DNA from: Octopus vulgaris
Taxonomy: Eukaryota
DNA length: 64,000 nucleotides
Assembly: GCA_951406725.2 (NCBI GenBank)
Contig: OX597826.1
Coordinates: 16,368,001 to 16,432,000, forward strand
Reading direction: 5' to 3'
Shown: piece by piece, positions 14,681 to 26,214 of the stretch
Layout: every line of letters starts with the position of its first letter
Position numbering within the stretch: the stretch's first letter is position 1
The notes under the pieces: generated by a model
What the model was told of the DNA's origin: nothing
Databases searched by the model: none
What the model saw: the letters and a program-made list of their open reading frames with translations, nothing else
Made by a program: the position numbers and the translations under genes

Positions 14681-14773
14681 AAATTAGCTGAAGAGTACTC
14701 AGCATCTTAAATTTGCTGTAATATTTACAGCTTTTAATAAAATGTTGTAGTATGAAACAATTGTATTAAATTA
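14681..14773 (+). ncRNA. Type-I hammerhead ribozyme motif with extended stem II
   Basis: ttag-CTGAAGA-GTACT..AGTAT-GAA-ACAATTGT-A-ttaa. The core is intact, stem III is palindromic, the triplet is GUA, and stem II has nested pairings CAGCAT/ATGTTG and GCTGTAA/TTACAGC. Confidence 0.75.
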
Positions 14774-14803
14774 CCGGAATCATTCTTGTTGCTTATTTTT
14801 GAT

Positions 14804-14840
<37 letters not shown>

Positions 14841-14843
<3 letters not shown>

Positions 14844-15158
14844 CAAAGTAAGAAAATGGAGGAATAGATTTTAATCAATCATCAACTACTAGATAATACC
14901 AATTCATATAATTTATTGACTAATTATTTAGGAACATCCAGGTCAAACAGAATAATACAAATGGATCTTATCCATTTTATATTTATATGTATTGTTCTTA
15001 TGGTATTATCTTACTCATTTATGTGTATTGTTTTGTTCTGTATTGTTCTGTTTGATCTGGATGTTCCTAAATAATTAGTTAATAAATTATATGAATAGGT
15101 ATTATGTAAGTAGTTGATGATTGATTAAACTCTATTCCTCCATGTTCTTACTTTGTAT
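14841..15158. repeat. Long inverted repeat (arms about 113 bp, spacer about 90 bp)
   Basis: atacaaagtaagaa..ggaacatccaggtcaaacagaa (14841-14952) is complementary to ttctgtttgatctggatgttcc..ttcttactttgtat (15045-15158). Confidence 0.9.
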
Positions 15159-15325
15159 TATGAATTTGAGGTAAAACATTTTACCTTCGCCCATATAATA
15201 GAATAAATGAATTAATTGCATTGCAATTCTTAGCATTTATGTATTAGCCTTTCTTTATTATACTGGCAGTATATTGGATATATGTTATCTCATAGTGGGT
15301 TACACTCACAACCCCTATCTCATTT

Positions 15326-15384
<59 letters not shown>

Positions 15385-15399
15385 TACATATATATATAT

Positions 15400-16001
15400 A
15401 ATTTATAAGTAAGGTCAAAAGAAAAAAATTCTAATGCCAAAATATGCCGAAAGTAGACACAACGTCAATAACCATTATAATTCGTCACTAGAAGCACGTG
15501 TTTCAAAGAAAGCCGACAGAAATTTCTAAAAAATCGCGCTATTACCATATCGGACCCGATTTCTGAGTTAGATCATAAGAACCTTCCCTTCATCAGTGAT
15601 AAATGCGGTAAAGAATTAAGTGAAATACTTACTTACACCCATGAAAGAAGCAAACACTAAGTCATGAGCACAACTAAGTACCCCGAATATATCCAAAATA
15701 GAAAATCTCTAGCACACATCGAGTTACGCGCGATTCGAACTGAAAAACTCTCGTAAAGTGAGAGAGTCCGGAAGTGAACACTATAAATTAATATCTAATG
15801 TAGGATAACATTTTTCGAAAAAAATTCTATCAATGGTCAGCATATTAAAAAAAATACCTTTAGAGGTTAAATTTATAAACAATTTATAAGTAAGGGCAAA
15901 AGAAAAAAATTCTAATGCCAAAATATGCCGAAAATATACAACGTCAATAACCATTATAATTCGTCACTACAAGCACGTGTTTCAAAGAAAGCTGACAGAA
16001 A
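15400..16001 (-). mobile_element. Non-coding, terminally redundant element (period 479 bp) with hammerhead-like motif; PLE/retrozyme-like
   Basis: Direct repeats of about 122 bp at 15400-15522 and 15880-16001. Minus strand reads CTGATGA (15596-15590) agggaag..ctttcttt GAAACACGTG. Confidence 0.6.
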
Positions 16002-16416
16002 CAGAAAAACAGTAACCACCTGATTGGAAGTGAAGAACATAGAAACAAGTAAACAAAATAACTATTGTTTTCATGACTATTATAAAACGTTACATTTATG
16101 ACGAGTAATTAAAAAGGCTTTTAAAGATAATATCGTTTGTCAAATCAGACAGTGAACCCCATGAATAGCTACACTTGCTGACTCTATGACATCCGAATTT
16201 ATTGAATAAGACGCCTGCTGTGACAAAGGTCAAACTAATGAACTATTGTCATTATTATACACACACACGGGCAAACACATATGCACACGCCCCACACACA
16301 CAAGCTCAGACATATATAGGCATCTCTTATATGTCGATGTTCGCCTGGGGCTAAATGCAACAGTAACACCCCCACCACCCTGCCCTGTCCCTAGCCATAT
16401 TCAGATGGCTTTAGTC

Positions 16417-16456
<40 letters not shown>

Positions 16457-16458
<2 letters not shown>

Positions 16459-16674
16459 TCTTTTACTCTTTTACTTGTTTCAGTCATTTGACTGCGGCCA
16501 TGCTGGAGCACTGCCTTTAGTCGAGCAAATCGGGACTTATTCTTTGTAAGCCCAGTACTTATTCTATCGGTCTCTTTTGCCGAACCGCTAGGTGTCGGGG
16601 ACTTAAACACACCAGCATCGGTTGTCAAGCAATGCTAGAGGGACAAACACAGACACACAAACATATACACATAC

Positions 16675-16680
<6 letters not shown>
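16457..16680 (-). mobile_element. 3' half of SINE family B
   Basis: Near-identical to 13105-13330. Confidence 0.9.
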
Positions 16681-16737
<57 letters not shown>

Positions 16738-16849
16738 TAAGCAATAATTCAATTTCCATCTACGAGATATAAACGGCTAACCGCTCGACAACGTAAGGTG
16801 TACTAGCAGAAAACAGTGCCCAAGATGCAACGATGTAGGGACACCCGGA

Positions 16850-16939
<90 letters not shown>

Positions 16940-16948
<9 letters not shown>

Positions 16949-17085
16949 ATGTTTGTGTGTCTGTGTTTGTCCCTCTGCATTGGCTTGACAACCGATGCTG
17001 GTGTGTTTAAGTCCCCGACACCTAGCGGTTCGTCAAAAGAGACCGATAGAATAATACTCGTTCAGAATAAGTCCCGATTTGCTTA
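16940..17085 (+). mobile_element. Partial SINE family B, inverted relative to 16457-16680
   Basis: gcttgacaaccgatgctggtgtgtttaagtccccgacacctagcggttcg is the reverse complement of the neighbouring copy. Confidence 0.9.
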
Positions 17086-17109
17086 TCTATATATATATAT
17101 ATGGCCGCA

Positions 17110-17211
<102 letters not shown>

Positions 17212-18531
17212 TGTATTTATGTATGTATGTATGTATGAAGGAATATACGTATGTATGTATGTATGTATGTATGTATGTATGTATGTATGTATGTATGCAT
17301 GTACGTATGTATATATGTATGTAAGAATGAAATTCGTTTCGTTTCTTTATCACACACTATATGTATAAAATGTACGGCATGACACAGAAATGAAGACAGT
17401 TAAAATAATGGGACTATATCTAAAATCAGTTCATATTGTGCGCAACGGGACGCAAGCACAAAGAAATAGAACCAGATTGAAATAGAACAAACGTTCTTTA
17501 AAATCCGGTCACATACGTGCATCAATAAAGGGAACGAAAATAAAACAATAATGCACTTGTTAGTGTATATGATGAATACCATTGTGAGTGCTACAACGTA
17601 CTCGTCATGTAGTAAATCTACCATGAACATCAGAAGCAGTGTCGTTTGTAAAATTTATTTCCCAACAAATATAACACCAACCTACGGCAGTTAGCTTCAA
17701 TTATAATTATTGCTGCACAATCACAACCGTTGGATCAATGGACATGTGGGGGTCTTTCAAGTACAGTATTCTTCCACATTTCATACAAATCCAACACAAA
17801 CAACGTGTATAAGACTTACTACTTGACAAGTAAATAAGAATGAAAAGGAAGAATTTCCGAATACTGCTGCGAGCGGATGTAAGATCAAAATTGTTAATCG
17901 AAGCATAAAAAACTGACAGAGTATCGACGCAGAAGACATCGAAGAAAATAAATCACGAGACACAAAAATAGAAAAGCCTCCACAATCCAATAACAATGTC
18001 ACAAGTTAAAACATATAGCAAACATTTTCCATTAGTTATATTACAGAAAGAAATACAAAAAAAACGCATCGCACATACATTAGCCCTCTAATAAAATAAA
18101 AGTGCAAGTAGTACTCATAAAATGGTAAATATATATAACTATTTACATAAAAACCAAATCTGCAGAAAGAGAAAAGTAAGCACATCGCACTTATAATACA
18201 ATAAAAGCGCAGCAGTACTCCTAGAATATGGAAATAGATGCAGCTATTTTCATAAAAGCAGATGCAAACAAATGAAATATAATAACTCTAACGTAAAATG
18301 TCGATGACATCTTTGTGGATAGGAATACCCTGTCAGAAATTTATGAAATCAATCTCTTCAATATAAAAAAGAATATAAAGATATCACACTTATTTAACTA
18401 TAAACAGATTTACATGATGCAAAGTTCCTACCCAGCAAACAAGTAACCTAATAGTTCTATTAATAACCTGATGAAAGTTTTCGGAAGAGAATGGAAGCCG
18501 AGTAGTAGAGAGAATGATATAAATCATTTAA

Positions 18532-20831
18532 CCCTCTCTCTACCAATGGTTCCAATGGACCGATTTCAGATTTTTTCAGTTCCTTTTTCCTACTGTTTAT
18601 ATTATTTGATTCTGCTGATTTCTCATGACTCTTATTTTTTCTTGACTCTCTTTTATTTCTCAAATGGGAAAGTTTCCACATGTTTATAAAAGCTATAAAA
18701 TTTCACTTTATACATTATTTACCGTATGGGTCCATCGGACCCTCAAATTAAATTCAGACAATACTCTCGTCATTCTAAACAGAATAAAAGCAGTATCATA
18801 TATTATTTTCCTAGATATTTATCAGATACAAAATAGATCAAATTGTATTCAATATATTTGCTCAATTTCAGAAAAAATAAGAAAAGTTATTAAAATATTG
18901 CTGTAAATTTGTGAGGAATCGCATCACCTTCAATCTGTTAGGTTATAGGGTGATGCAATATTTCTATGTGCTGACACAATTCTTACAATAACTTGCATCC
19001 TCTTTCAGGAGAGTATAAATATGTCAGAGAGCACATATATCTTCTGTCTGCTATCAAATTTCAAAACAAAATATCGAAAGATTTATTGGAATTAGATGAA
19101 GAATGGGAAGAGGATAGTAGTGATTCCTTCTATTGCTCTGAAGATGATGGTGAAAGTGATTGGGCGCTGGACAGTTTAGGTTCTGTGTCATCAGATGATG
19201 ACGATACACAAAAGCAAATATCTGCAAGCCACCTAATTATGAATGAGTAATATGTTTCTAATCACCTTACATGCAATAGCATTGAAACGTTTTACTATCT
19301 TTATGCGCCAGAATCTTCTTGAAGTAATTTGAGATGGACAAATGTTGAAGGTCAGGTTGGTTACAAAAGTAAATGGAAGGAAATTGATCACTTTGAACTA
19401 AAGAAATTTATTGGACTGATTATGGAAAATGTCACACAGTTATAGAGTCAAGGAGACGGCCACCCAATATTCAACAAAATATTGAGCCGGGGAAGATTTC
19501 AACAGTTTTCACATGTATTGTGTTTTGATGATGCTAGTGAAAGAAGAAATAATAGAAGTAATGATAAATTGGCCATAAGAGAAGTATTTGAAATGTGGAA
19601 TCAGAATTTAAAAGATGAATATGTTCCAAGTTCATGCATGATAGTTGATGAACAATTAGTTTCATTCAGAGAGCGCTGCCCATTCCGTGTATATATTCCT
19701 TCAAAACCAGGGAAATGGAGAATTAAAATTTGGGCAATATGCGACCGTGAAATATCTTATGCCTGGTAAGTGCAAATCTACACTGCAAAAGACTTAGTAA
19801 AAGGGAGAGTCCAATCAAGTTTCAAGAGTTGTTGGAGACCTAGTAAAAGAACTTTAAAATATTGGTTGCAATATAACTTGGGATAATTTTTTTACAAGTC
19901 TAGGATTGGATCAGAAATTGCTTAGCAGGAGAACCCCTTTAGTTGGAAAAATTCGAAAGAACAGAGTTGAACTTCCAAGTGCTTTCATAAATGGAAAAGA
20001 AAGATAAATCAACAGCACAATATTTTGATTTCGAAATGCTTCTATGATCCTATCTTATTGTCCCAAGAAAAATTATGTAGTCCCAATTATTAGTACAATG
20101 CACTCTTAGCCTTCAATTAATTCAAAAAGTACTGAAAAGAAACCTGAAGTTATTACATGTTACAACAAAACAACAGTAGGATTAGATACCCTAGATAAGG
20201 TGGTAAGGACATACACTTGCAAAAGAGTGACTCGAAGATGGCCTATGGTTATATTATACAGCATTATTGATATAAGTGCAATGAATGCTTTCTTTGTTGC
20301 TAAATATCTTCACTTGCAAAGTTTCAAGGATAAAAGAAGACAGAGCCTAATTCAGTTAGGAAAGGAGTTAATGCTAAACAAGAATATGACGAACAATCTT
20401 CTATTTCCGCTAAAATTTCTCGACAAAACAAGAAAAGAAGACGATATTCAACCTCATTTGAGATTTCTCAGCCAAATAAAAATGGAAGATGTTCTTTGCG
20501 TGCCCCCCACCACCAAAGGAAAACTCGTATTGCATGTATGTATTGTAATAGCCATGTTTGACAAGAATATTCCAATGTTGTCTGCATTCACTGCCATGAA
20601 AAGCTGTAATTCTGTAAGCTTGTAATTTTTTTAAATGTATAATATATTCTGTAAGCTGAATTTTTTTTATCGAAATTTGTGAGAAAGAGTAATTCTTCAT
20701 TCACTTGATAGCATATACAATGTAGCTAAGAAACAGTAGAAGTTTGAATAAATTTAATTAAAAGAAAAATAATGGGTCCATTGGACCAAGGTGGTAATTA
20801 CTGTCATACATTTTCTCTGGTAGACCAAGGG
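18532..20831 (+). mobile_element. Full-length decayed piggyBac transposon (2.3 kb)
   Basis: TTAA TSDs at 18528-18531 and 20832-20835. Imperfect TIRs CCCTctcTCTACCA / TGGTAGAccaAGGG. Subterminal repeats atgggtccat(c/t)ggacc at both ends. Transposase remnants inside. Confidence 0.93.
19021..20623 (+). pseudogene. piggyBac (PGBD-type DDD) transposase pseudogene
   Basis: Acidic N-terminus, SRGRFQQ..LCFDD, VDEQLVSFRERCPFRVYIPSKPGK, ITWDNFFTS, YNKTTVGLDTLDK, YTCKRVTRRWPM and a Cys-rich C-terminal remnant. Many stops and frameshifts. Confidence 0.92.
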
Positions 20832-23794
20832 TTAATAATCGTACTAGAATTGGACAAAGCGTCGTTATAAAGACAACTGGCAGTAAAAATAGAATGAGTG
20901 CTCAAGAAAAACATATACTGAATTCTTTTACATAATCTATTTAGCAAAAAATGAAGACGAAATTATACTGAACTCTGCATAATTAAATATAGCATAAGCA
21001 AGTTAACAGGAAAGCTAACAATGTATAAAAATATTTTGGAGAAGAATAGAAACAGGAACTCTGATACCAGTAAAATATTAACGATGCAAATTTTGCGATT
21101 AAAAAATATAATATATAATGATAATATATTGCAATTAGTAGCAAACATCTAGATCTGGTTGTCTAACCCTTCAATGGAAATATTTGTTTACAGATCTGAC
21201 TGTATATAAACATTTGTGTTCTTTGATTCATAAACTTGCACTTAGATATGAAAAGGAATATAAGGTGGTGTAAATATGCATCATAGATGGTATATAATAG
21301 TAGTCTCGCTTTGATAATGTAGGACCTGTCTGTCCAGGCTGACAAGGCGAAGAAAGAAGACTAGCCTACAGATATAGATCTATCGGTACCTTCTGAGAAA
21401 CATATCTTAAGAAGATACGAGAATGACGTATGGTGGTATAGAAGAAGAATAAACGCATAAAAGTCATAAGAAGGTTTGTAAATTGGTAGACTGTCCAAAA
21501 GAATTTAGTGTGGCATGTTTCTTTATATTGGCTTCGTTGCTACTAGTAGACAAAGGTTTTCCCAACAAAGTATATTCCACATCAACTAAATAAAGGGATT
21601 AGTGATTAGCATTCAAAAACTTCTCGGTTCAGTAACAGACACTTCGTCCCATTACTACGCTATATAAAATGATTTTGGCTTATATTTCAGCCAATCGTTA
21701 TGCTGCAACATTTTTGTGATAGTGTGATTAAATGGAAATTGCTCGCCGTTTCGTATCATTGTTACAAATTGACATATGCAAGAAATACAAACCAGAGGAG
21801 AGGGAGCACTTGTAGTGTCAGAAATGTTCTTGGTCCATCATCAGTGTTAAGGAAATGTTCTCACCAATCACACATTTTCCGTTCTCGCCAAGCAAAGCAT
21901 CATCTCTCATACACTAGTTTTAACTCATGATTCGACATAACGGTATATGTAAAGTAACCATTGTAATATCTATGCGTAAAAAAAAATCGTTACCCAAAGC
22001 TGATAATCATAACTGGTTCTATATGGGAATACTACGTAGCCAGACCGAATTATACTGCTCCCAGCTAACGAACAATTCGAATTATAACGTTGATGTATAA
22101 TTACTATGCATCTCACGTAAGACAACTTCTCCACGATCGACATCTAACATCATTAAATACATAACACAACCTTATCCAGCAGCTGCCACACTGTTCTATA
22201 ATTCAAACCTCACAAAATATACAAAACACAGTCCACGTTTAATATAATCGAAAATCTGGCATCGGAATATTTCACATATTAAAAAAAAATAGAGAAACAT
22301 CAGAAACATTTCAAATACTACAGGAAAATTAGTATGTATGAAATATATAACATCTATCTTGACTCCCAAAAGTGATGCTACTTATAAAGCAAGACTGCTG
22401 CCCTGCATAATATAGTAACTTGTCTGATATAAATGATGATAATACACTGTTAATGAAAAAATATTAGAAAGTGTTTATTAATGACTATTTTCGATATCAT
22501 TGTTCGGTTTGTATTCATTTACTTTCAATAGAATATATATGACTACGGCAAGGGACGTATATGTCACATTGTTAGTGAAATACTAAAGTATTCGAAAAAA
22601 ATATTGGGAAAACAATTTTATTTATCAGTTAAACAATACACTTGTCAATGTATGATCCATTCCATATGAAACTGAAATATTTATCGATTATAATTATATT
22701 GTTGAAATCGACTTATTAAATTGTGAAACAGTAGTCGAGTGGCTAGATACGCTTCTTACAGAGCAGAAATTGAAAGTTAAATAAAATAGTGAAACTCAAT
22801 GAGAATATGGGTGCTGAAAAGAAGAAATTAAACCAATAAATAGAAGATACAGTGGGAATAACAGGAAACTGAACAAAGTAATAAGGTGAAAGAGAATGCG
22901 TGGAACATAAGAGAAAAAAAGGATGGTAGAAGTTATGCATATAAATAAATTGGAATTACTGAGAAATTCCAATGAAGAGCACCTCGAAATATTAGTTAAA
23001 ATAATTGATCTTAGTAGAACAAGTTAATATTTGAATAGATACCATCGGATTATACAAAAATCAAATCTTTTTTGAAATATGTTTATTTGATGCACAAAAT
23101 ACTTTTCTATGCAGACGATTGATAAACTAACGATTGGCATTTACTTTCCAGTAACGATAGTTGCAAATATTCTGTGAGAGGAAGAATATAACTTTGACAA
23201 AAAAAAAAAATGTTTTACTATTATCAAAGCAATTTATCGGTTTATGTATCCTCTCATGTTTCTATATTTCTACTTCATAAATTTATGTTAATCTATACCC
23301 TTCCATTTGTTATATAAAAGAAAAGCAAAAAAAAAATCATGTTATATAATCTGCATCTAATTTCCGTAACATTGTCATCCATAATATTTTATTCAGATAA
23401 GAAACTTTCTGTTTCCGAAGAGAAAGAAGACAGGAAGTGTTACAGATTAAGGCAAATGACAACTACGTGATAAGCTTTGGTTACAGAAACAGCATATTTC
23501 GCTTCCTATACATATCAAACAATTTGTAACCAATGTTATTTTAATGTTATACTTTTGGTATCGTATCAATTTATTTTAAGCCTCAAGCACTATAATAAAA
23601 CAAAGATAACAATGGCAAAGACAACAACAACAACAAAAACAATAACCTGAGGATCATTAACAACAGAAAAGTAGCATAAACAATAGTAACCAAGTCGACG
23701 GAACTGGGAAATTTTATTCTTGGAAATTCAAAGTTCACAAATATGCACCACTACCATGATGGCAAATAATAGCAGCAGTTAAAATAATATTTTA

Positions 23795-24003
23795 TGCTAT
23801 AGGCACAAGGCCTAAAATTATGGGGGTAGAGGGCTAGTTGATTACATTGACTCCAATGCTCGACCGGTACATATTTTATCAACCCCCGGAAGGATGAAAG
23901 GCAAAGTCAGCCTCGATGGAATATCAACCCTGAAGGAAATTCCGGAAGAAATACTGTCGAGCACTTTGTCCGGCGTCTTAACGACTTCATTAGCTTCCTG
24001 CCT
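23795..24003 (-). mobile_element. Decayed monomeric SINE family A
   Basis: aggcacaaggcc.aaatt..ggggg and ccccggaaggatgaaaggcaaagtc. Confidence 0.8.
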
Positions 24004-24422
24004 TAGTAGCTGTAAAATATCAAAGACAGTAAGAACAGCAACAACGAAATTAGCAAAAATAACTATAGTAGCAGCAATGAAAGTGATTTTTAAGGAATTT
24101 CTACGTGTACTCAAATTGATCACTTCATTTGGAAGACTTTTTCTTTTCTATATTTAAGAGATGAGGAATTATGTTCATTATTTACATTATTTACATTATT
24201 TACATTATTTACATTCGACGATATTTGTCCTCCAGCGTTCTTCAAGTGTCTTGGGGAAATTTCGAACCTGGGTTCTCATTCCTAAGGTAATTTTCGATGT
24301 TATTATCATTATTATTATTGTTGATGATGATGTTGTTGTTCAGGTCACTGCTTGGAATCGAACTCGGAATCTTAACCACTATGATATATGCCCGTGGGCA
24401 ATTATGGAGTGAATTTTAGGGC

Positions 24423-24764
24423 TTATAAATCTAATATTCTCCTATCCTTCCTTAATACTGCTTCCCATATGCTATTCATATTTGCATTCGGTCTGCTTAT
24501 ATATTTGTGTCCTAGCATATGTGCAGCTTCTTTTTGTTTTCGTATTTTCCATTGGTGTTCTTTGTCTATTATTTTAACTTCATCCCACAAGGGGAGGTGG
24601 TCTCCATTTTTACATACATGATCCGCTATACCAGATTTATCAATATCTCCTTGTCTCACAGCTTTGTGATGTTCCTCTACCCTTATTTTGAGGGGCTGGC
24701 ATGTTTCACTTTTGTATAACCTACCACAACTGCATGTGATGGAGTACACGCAGTCTTTGCTCAT
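24423..24764 (-). pseudogene. GIY-YIG endonuclease domain fragment of a Penelope-like element
   Basis: CVYSITCSCGRLYKSETCQPLKIRVEEH...SGIADH...HLPLWDEVKIIDKE..WKIRKQKEA matches the PLE pattern VY.I.C.C...YIG.T...L..R..EH. The RT domain is absent. Confidence 0.88.
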
Positions 24765-24819
24765 AATACCTTTGGAAAAATACCTTAGGAATGAGAACCA
24801 AGGTTCGAAATTTCCCCAA

Positions 24820-24865
24820 GACACCTGAAGAAGGGTGGAGGGTATATCAGCCGAAACGTTGCGTT
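24820..24865 (+). ncRNA. Minimal PLE-type hammerhead motif in the inverted pseudo-LTR
   Basis: acac-CTGAAGA-a-gggtg..cagcc-GAA-ACGT-T-gcgt. Stem III is the palindrome ACGT, with one mismatch each in stems I and II. Confidence 0.65.
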
Positions 24866-25944
24866 AACAACAAACAAGATGAGGACAAATATCCGTCGAA
24901 TATAAATAATGTAAATAATACACTCTTTCTTTGTTTTTAATTTTAATTGTATTTCGTTCTTGCTATTTTCCTTGTTATTTCTCACACTACATCGTCCTTT
25001 AGTCAAGTACCTTACTTGATTCTTTCATGAACCCTTGTAGTTAACAAAGAAAGTATTAACATCATTTTGGTTTTTATAACGTTTATTGAAACTTCACTTG
25101 GAAATGTAACCAGATGTCAGTCGACTGCATCCAGCGGATTCAGATAACAATTTTCACTCGTACTTCGATAAATCTGTAGAGGATTCATGCACTTCCAAGC
25201 TATGATATTTTCTGTAGGAGCGCTATTTTCATATTGTCTCCAATGATTTCAATCCATCTTGTGGTTGACATTGATACTTATAGTATCTAAGACTCAAGTA
25301 CCTTAGGTATTATAATACTTACTACCTTCAGTGAACACAGTATTTATATTTACCATTTCAAATCATTATATCAAATCTTACTTCTCTTCTCTTTCCGATA
25401 CAGTGCTATCATCGGGTCACTCAAAATCTACAGATTATTTTCTCTTTATTCATAGGCACTTCATCAGGCTTTCGATTTTCACTGTCATAATCAGACTAGA
25501 TCATTACAGTCCACAGTATCTTTACCATATGGTATTCCTTTGACACAACTTAACATTATCTAATATAGACATGCTACATATTCCTCAATGTATCATTCCT
25601 GCGTGATTACTGTGTCCTTCTTAGTATTACTTTTAGGACAACTTCTCGCACTTATCCTCAATATGTCATACAGTCTCATGATGATTCCCACACAACAAGC
25701 AATTGTCACTTTCAGCCGTATTATCAATACTGTATTTCATGTAATTTATACTTCAGTGTTTGTTTATGCGTATCATAGGTAAGTTCTTTTGTTTCTGACT
25801 TAGTCAGTGCCACCATCATTCGGCGTCTATATTTCTGCTCAACTTTCAATTGTATGTATATCAAAACATATGTACATGTGCAAATAGGTATATTTGTATA
25901 TTTATTGTCTGTATCTGTCTAACTAGAATGTTAACGCACCTATG

Positions 25945-25978
<34 letters not shown>

Positions 25979-26044
25979 TGTATGTATGCATGCATGCATG
26001 TATGTATGTATGTATGCATGTATGTATGTATGTAAGCATGTATG

Positions 26045-26078
<34 letters not shown>

Positions 26079-26166
26079 TGTATGCATGCATGCATGTATG
26101 TATGTATGTATGTATGTATGCATGTATGTATGTATGGATGGATGGATGGATGGATGGATGGATGGA
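25945..26166. repeat. (ATGT)n/(ATGC)n/(ATGG)n tetranucleotide microsatellite
   Basis: Direct reading. Confidence 0.95.
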
Positions 26167-26214
26167 TTTTTTGTACGTACGTGCGTATGTTGCACATATA
26201 TATACATGTATACA

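Larger units (their letters stand above)
13715..14810 (+). mobile_element. Probable Penelope-like element 3' fragment (endonuclease C-terminus plus long 3' region with hammerhead)
   Basis: NNNLFNNPLELGSSCIH resembles the PLE GIY-YIG tail (LLN..SE..S.C.H). It is followed by non-coding DNA that ends in a hammerhead motif. Confidence 0.55.
24145..24920 (-). mobile_element. 5'-truncated Penelope-like element with inverted pseudo-LTR
   Basis: GIY-YIG fragment flanked by inverted repeats 24175-24295 and 24775-24920 (taccttaggaatgagaacc.aggttcgaaatttccccaagacac.tgaagaa). Tail of (tgtaaataa)n. Confidence 0.9.

Noticed and set aside
19021-20623. Domesticated PGBD gene
   Set aside because: Multiple stops and frameshifts with TIRs and TSDs retained indicate a dead transposon.
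21745-21850. Minus-strand CTGATGA...GAAAC hammerhead candidate (also 18468 and 63232)
   Set aside because: No consistent stems I-III; likely chance core matches.
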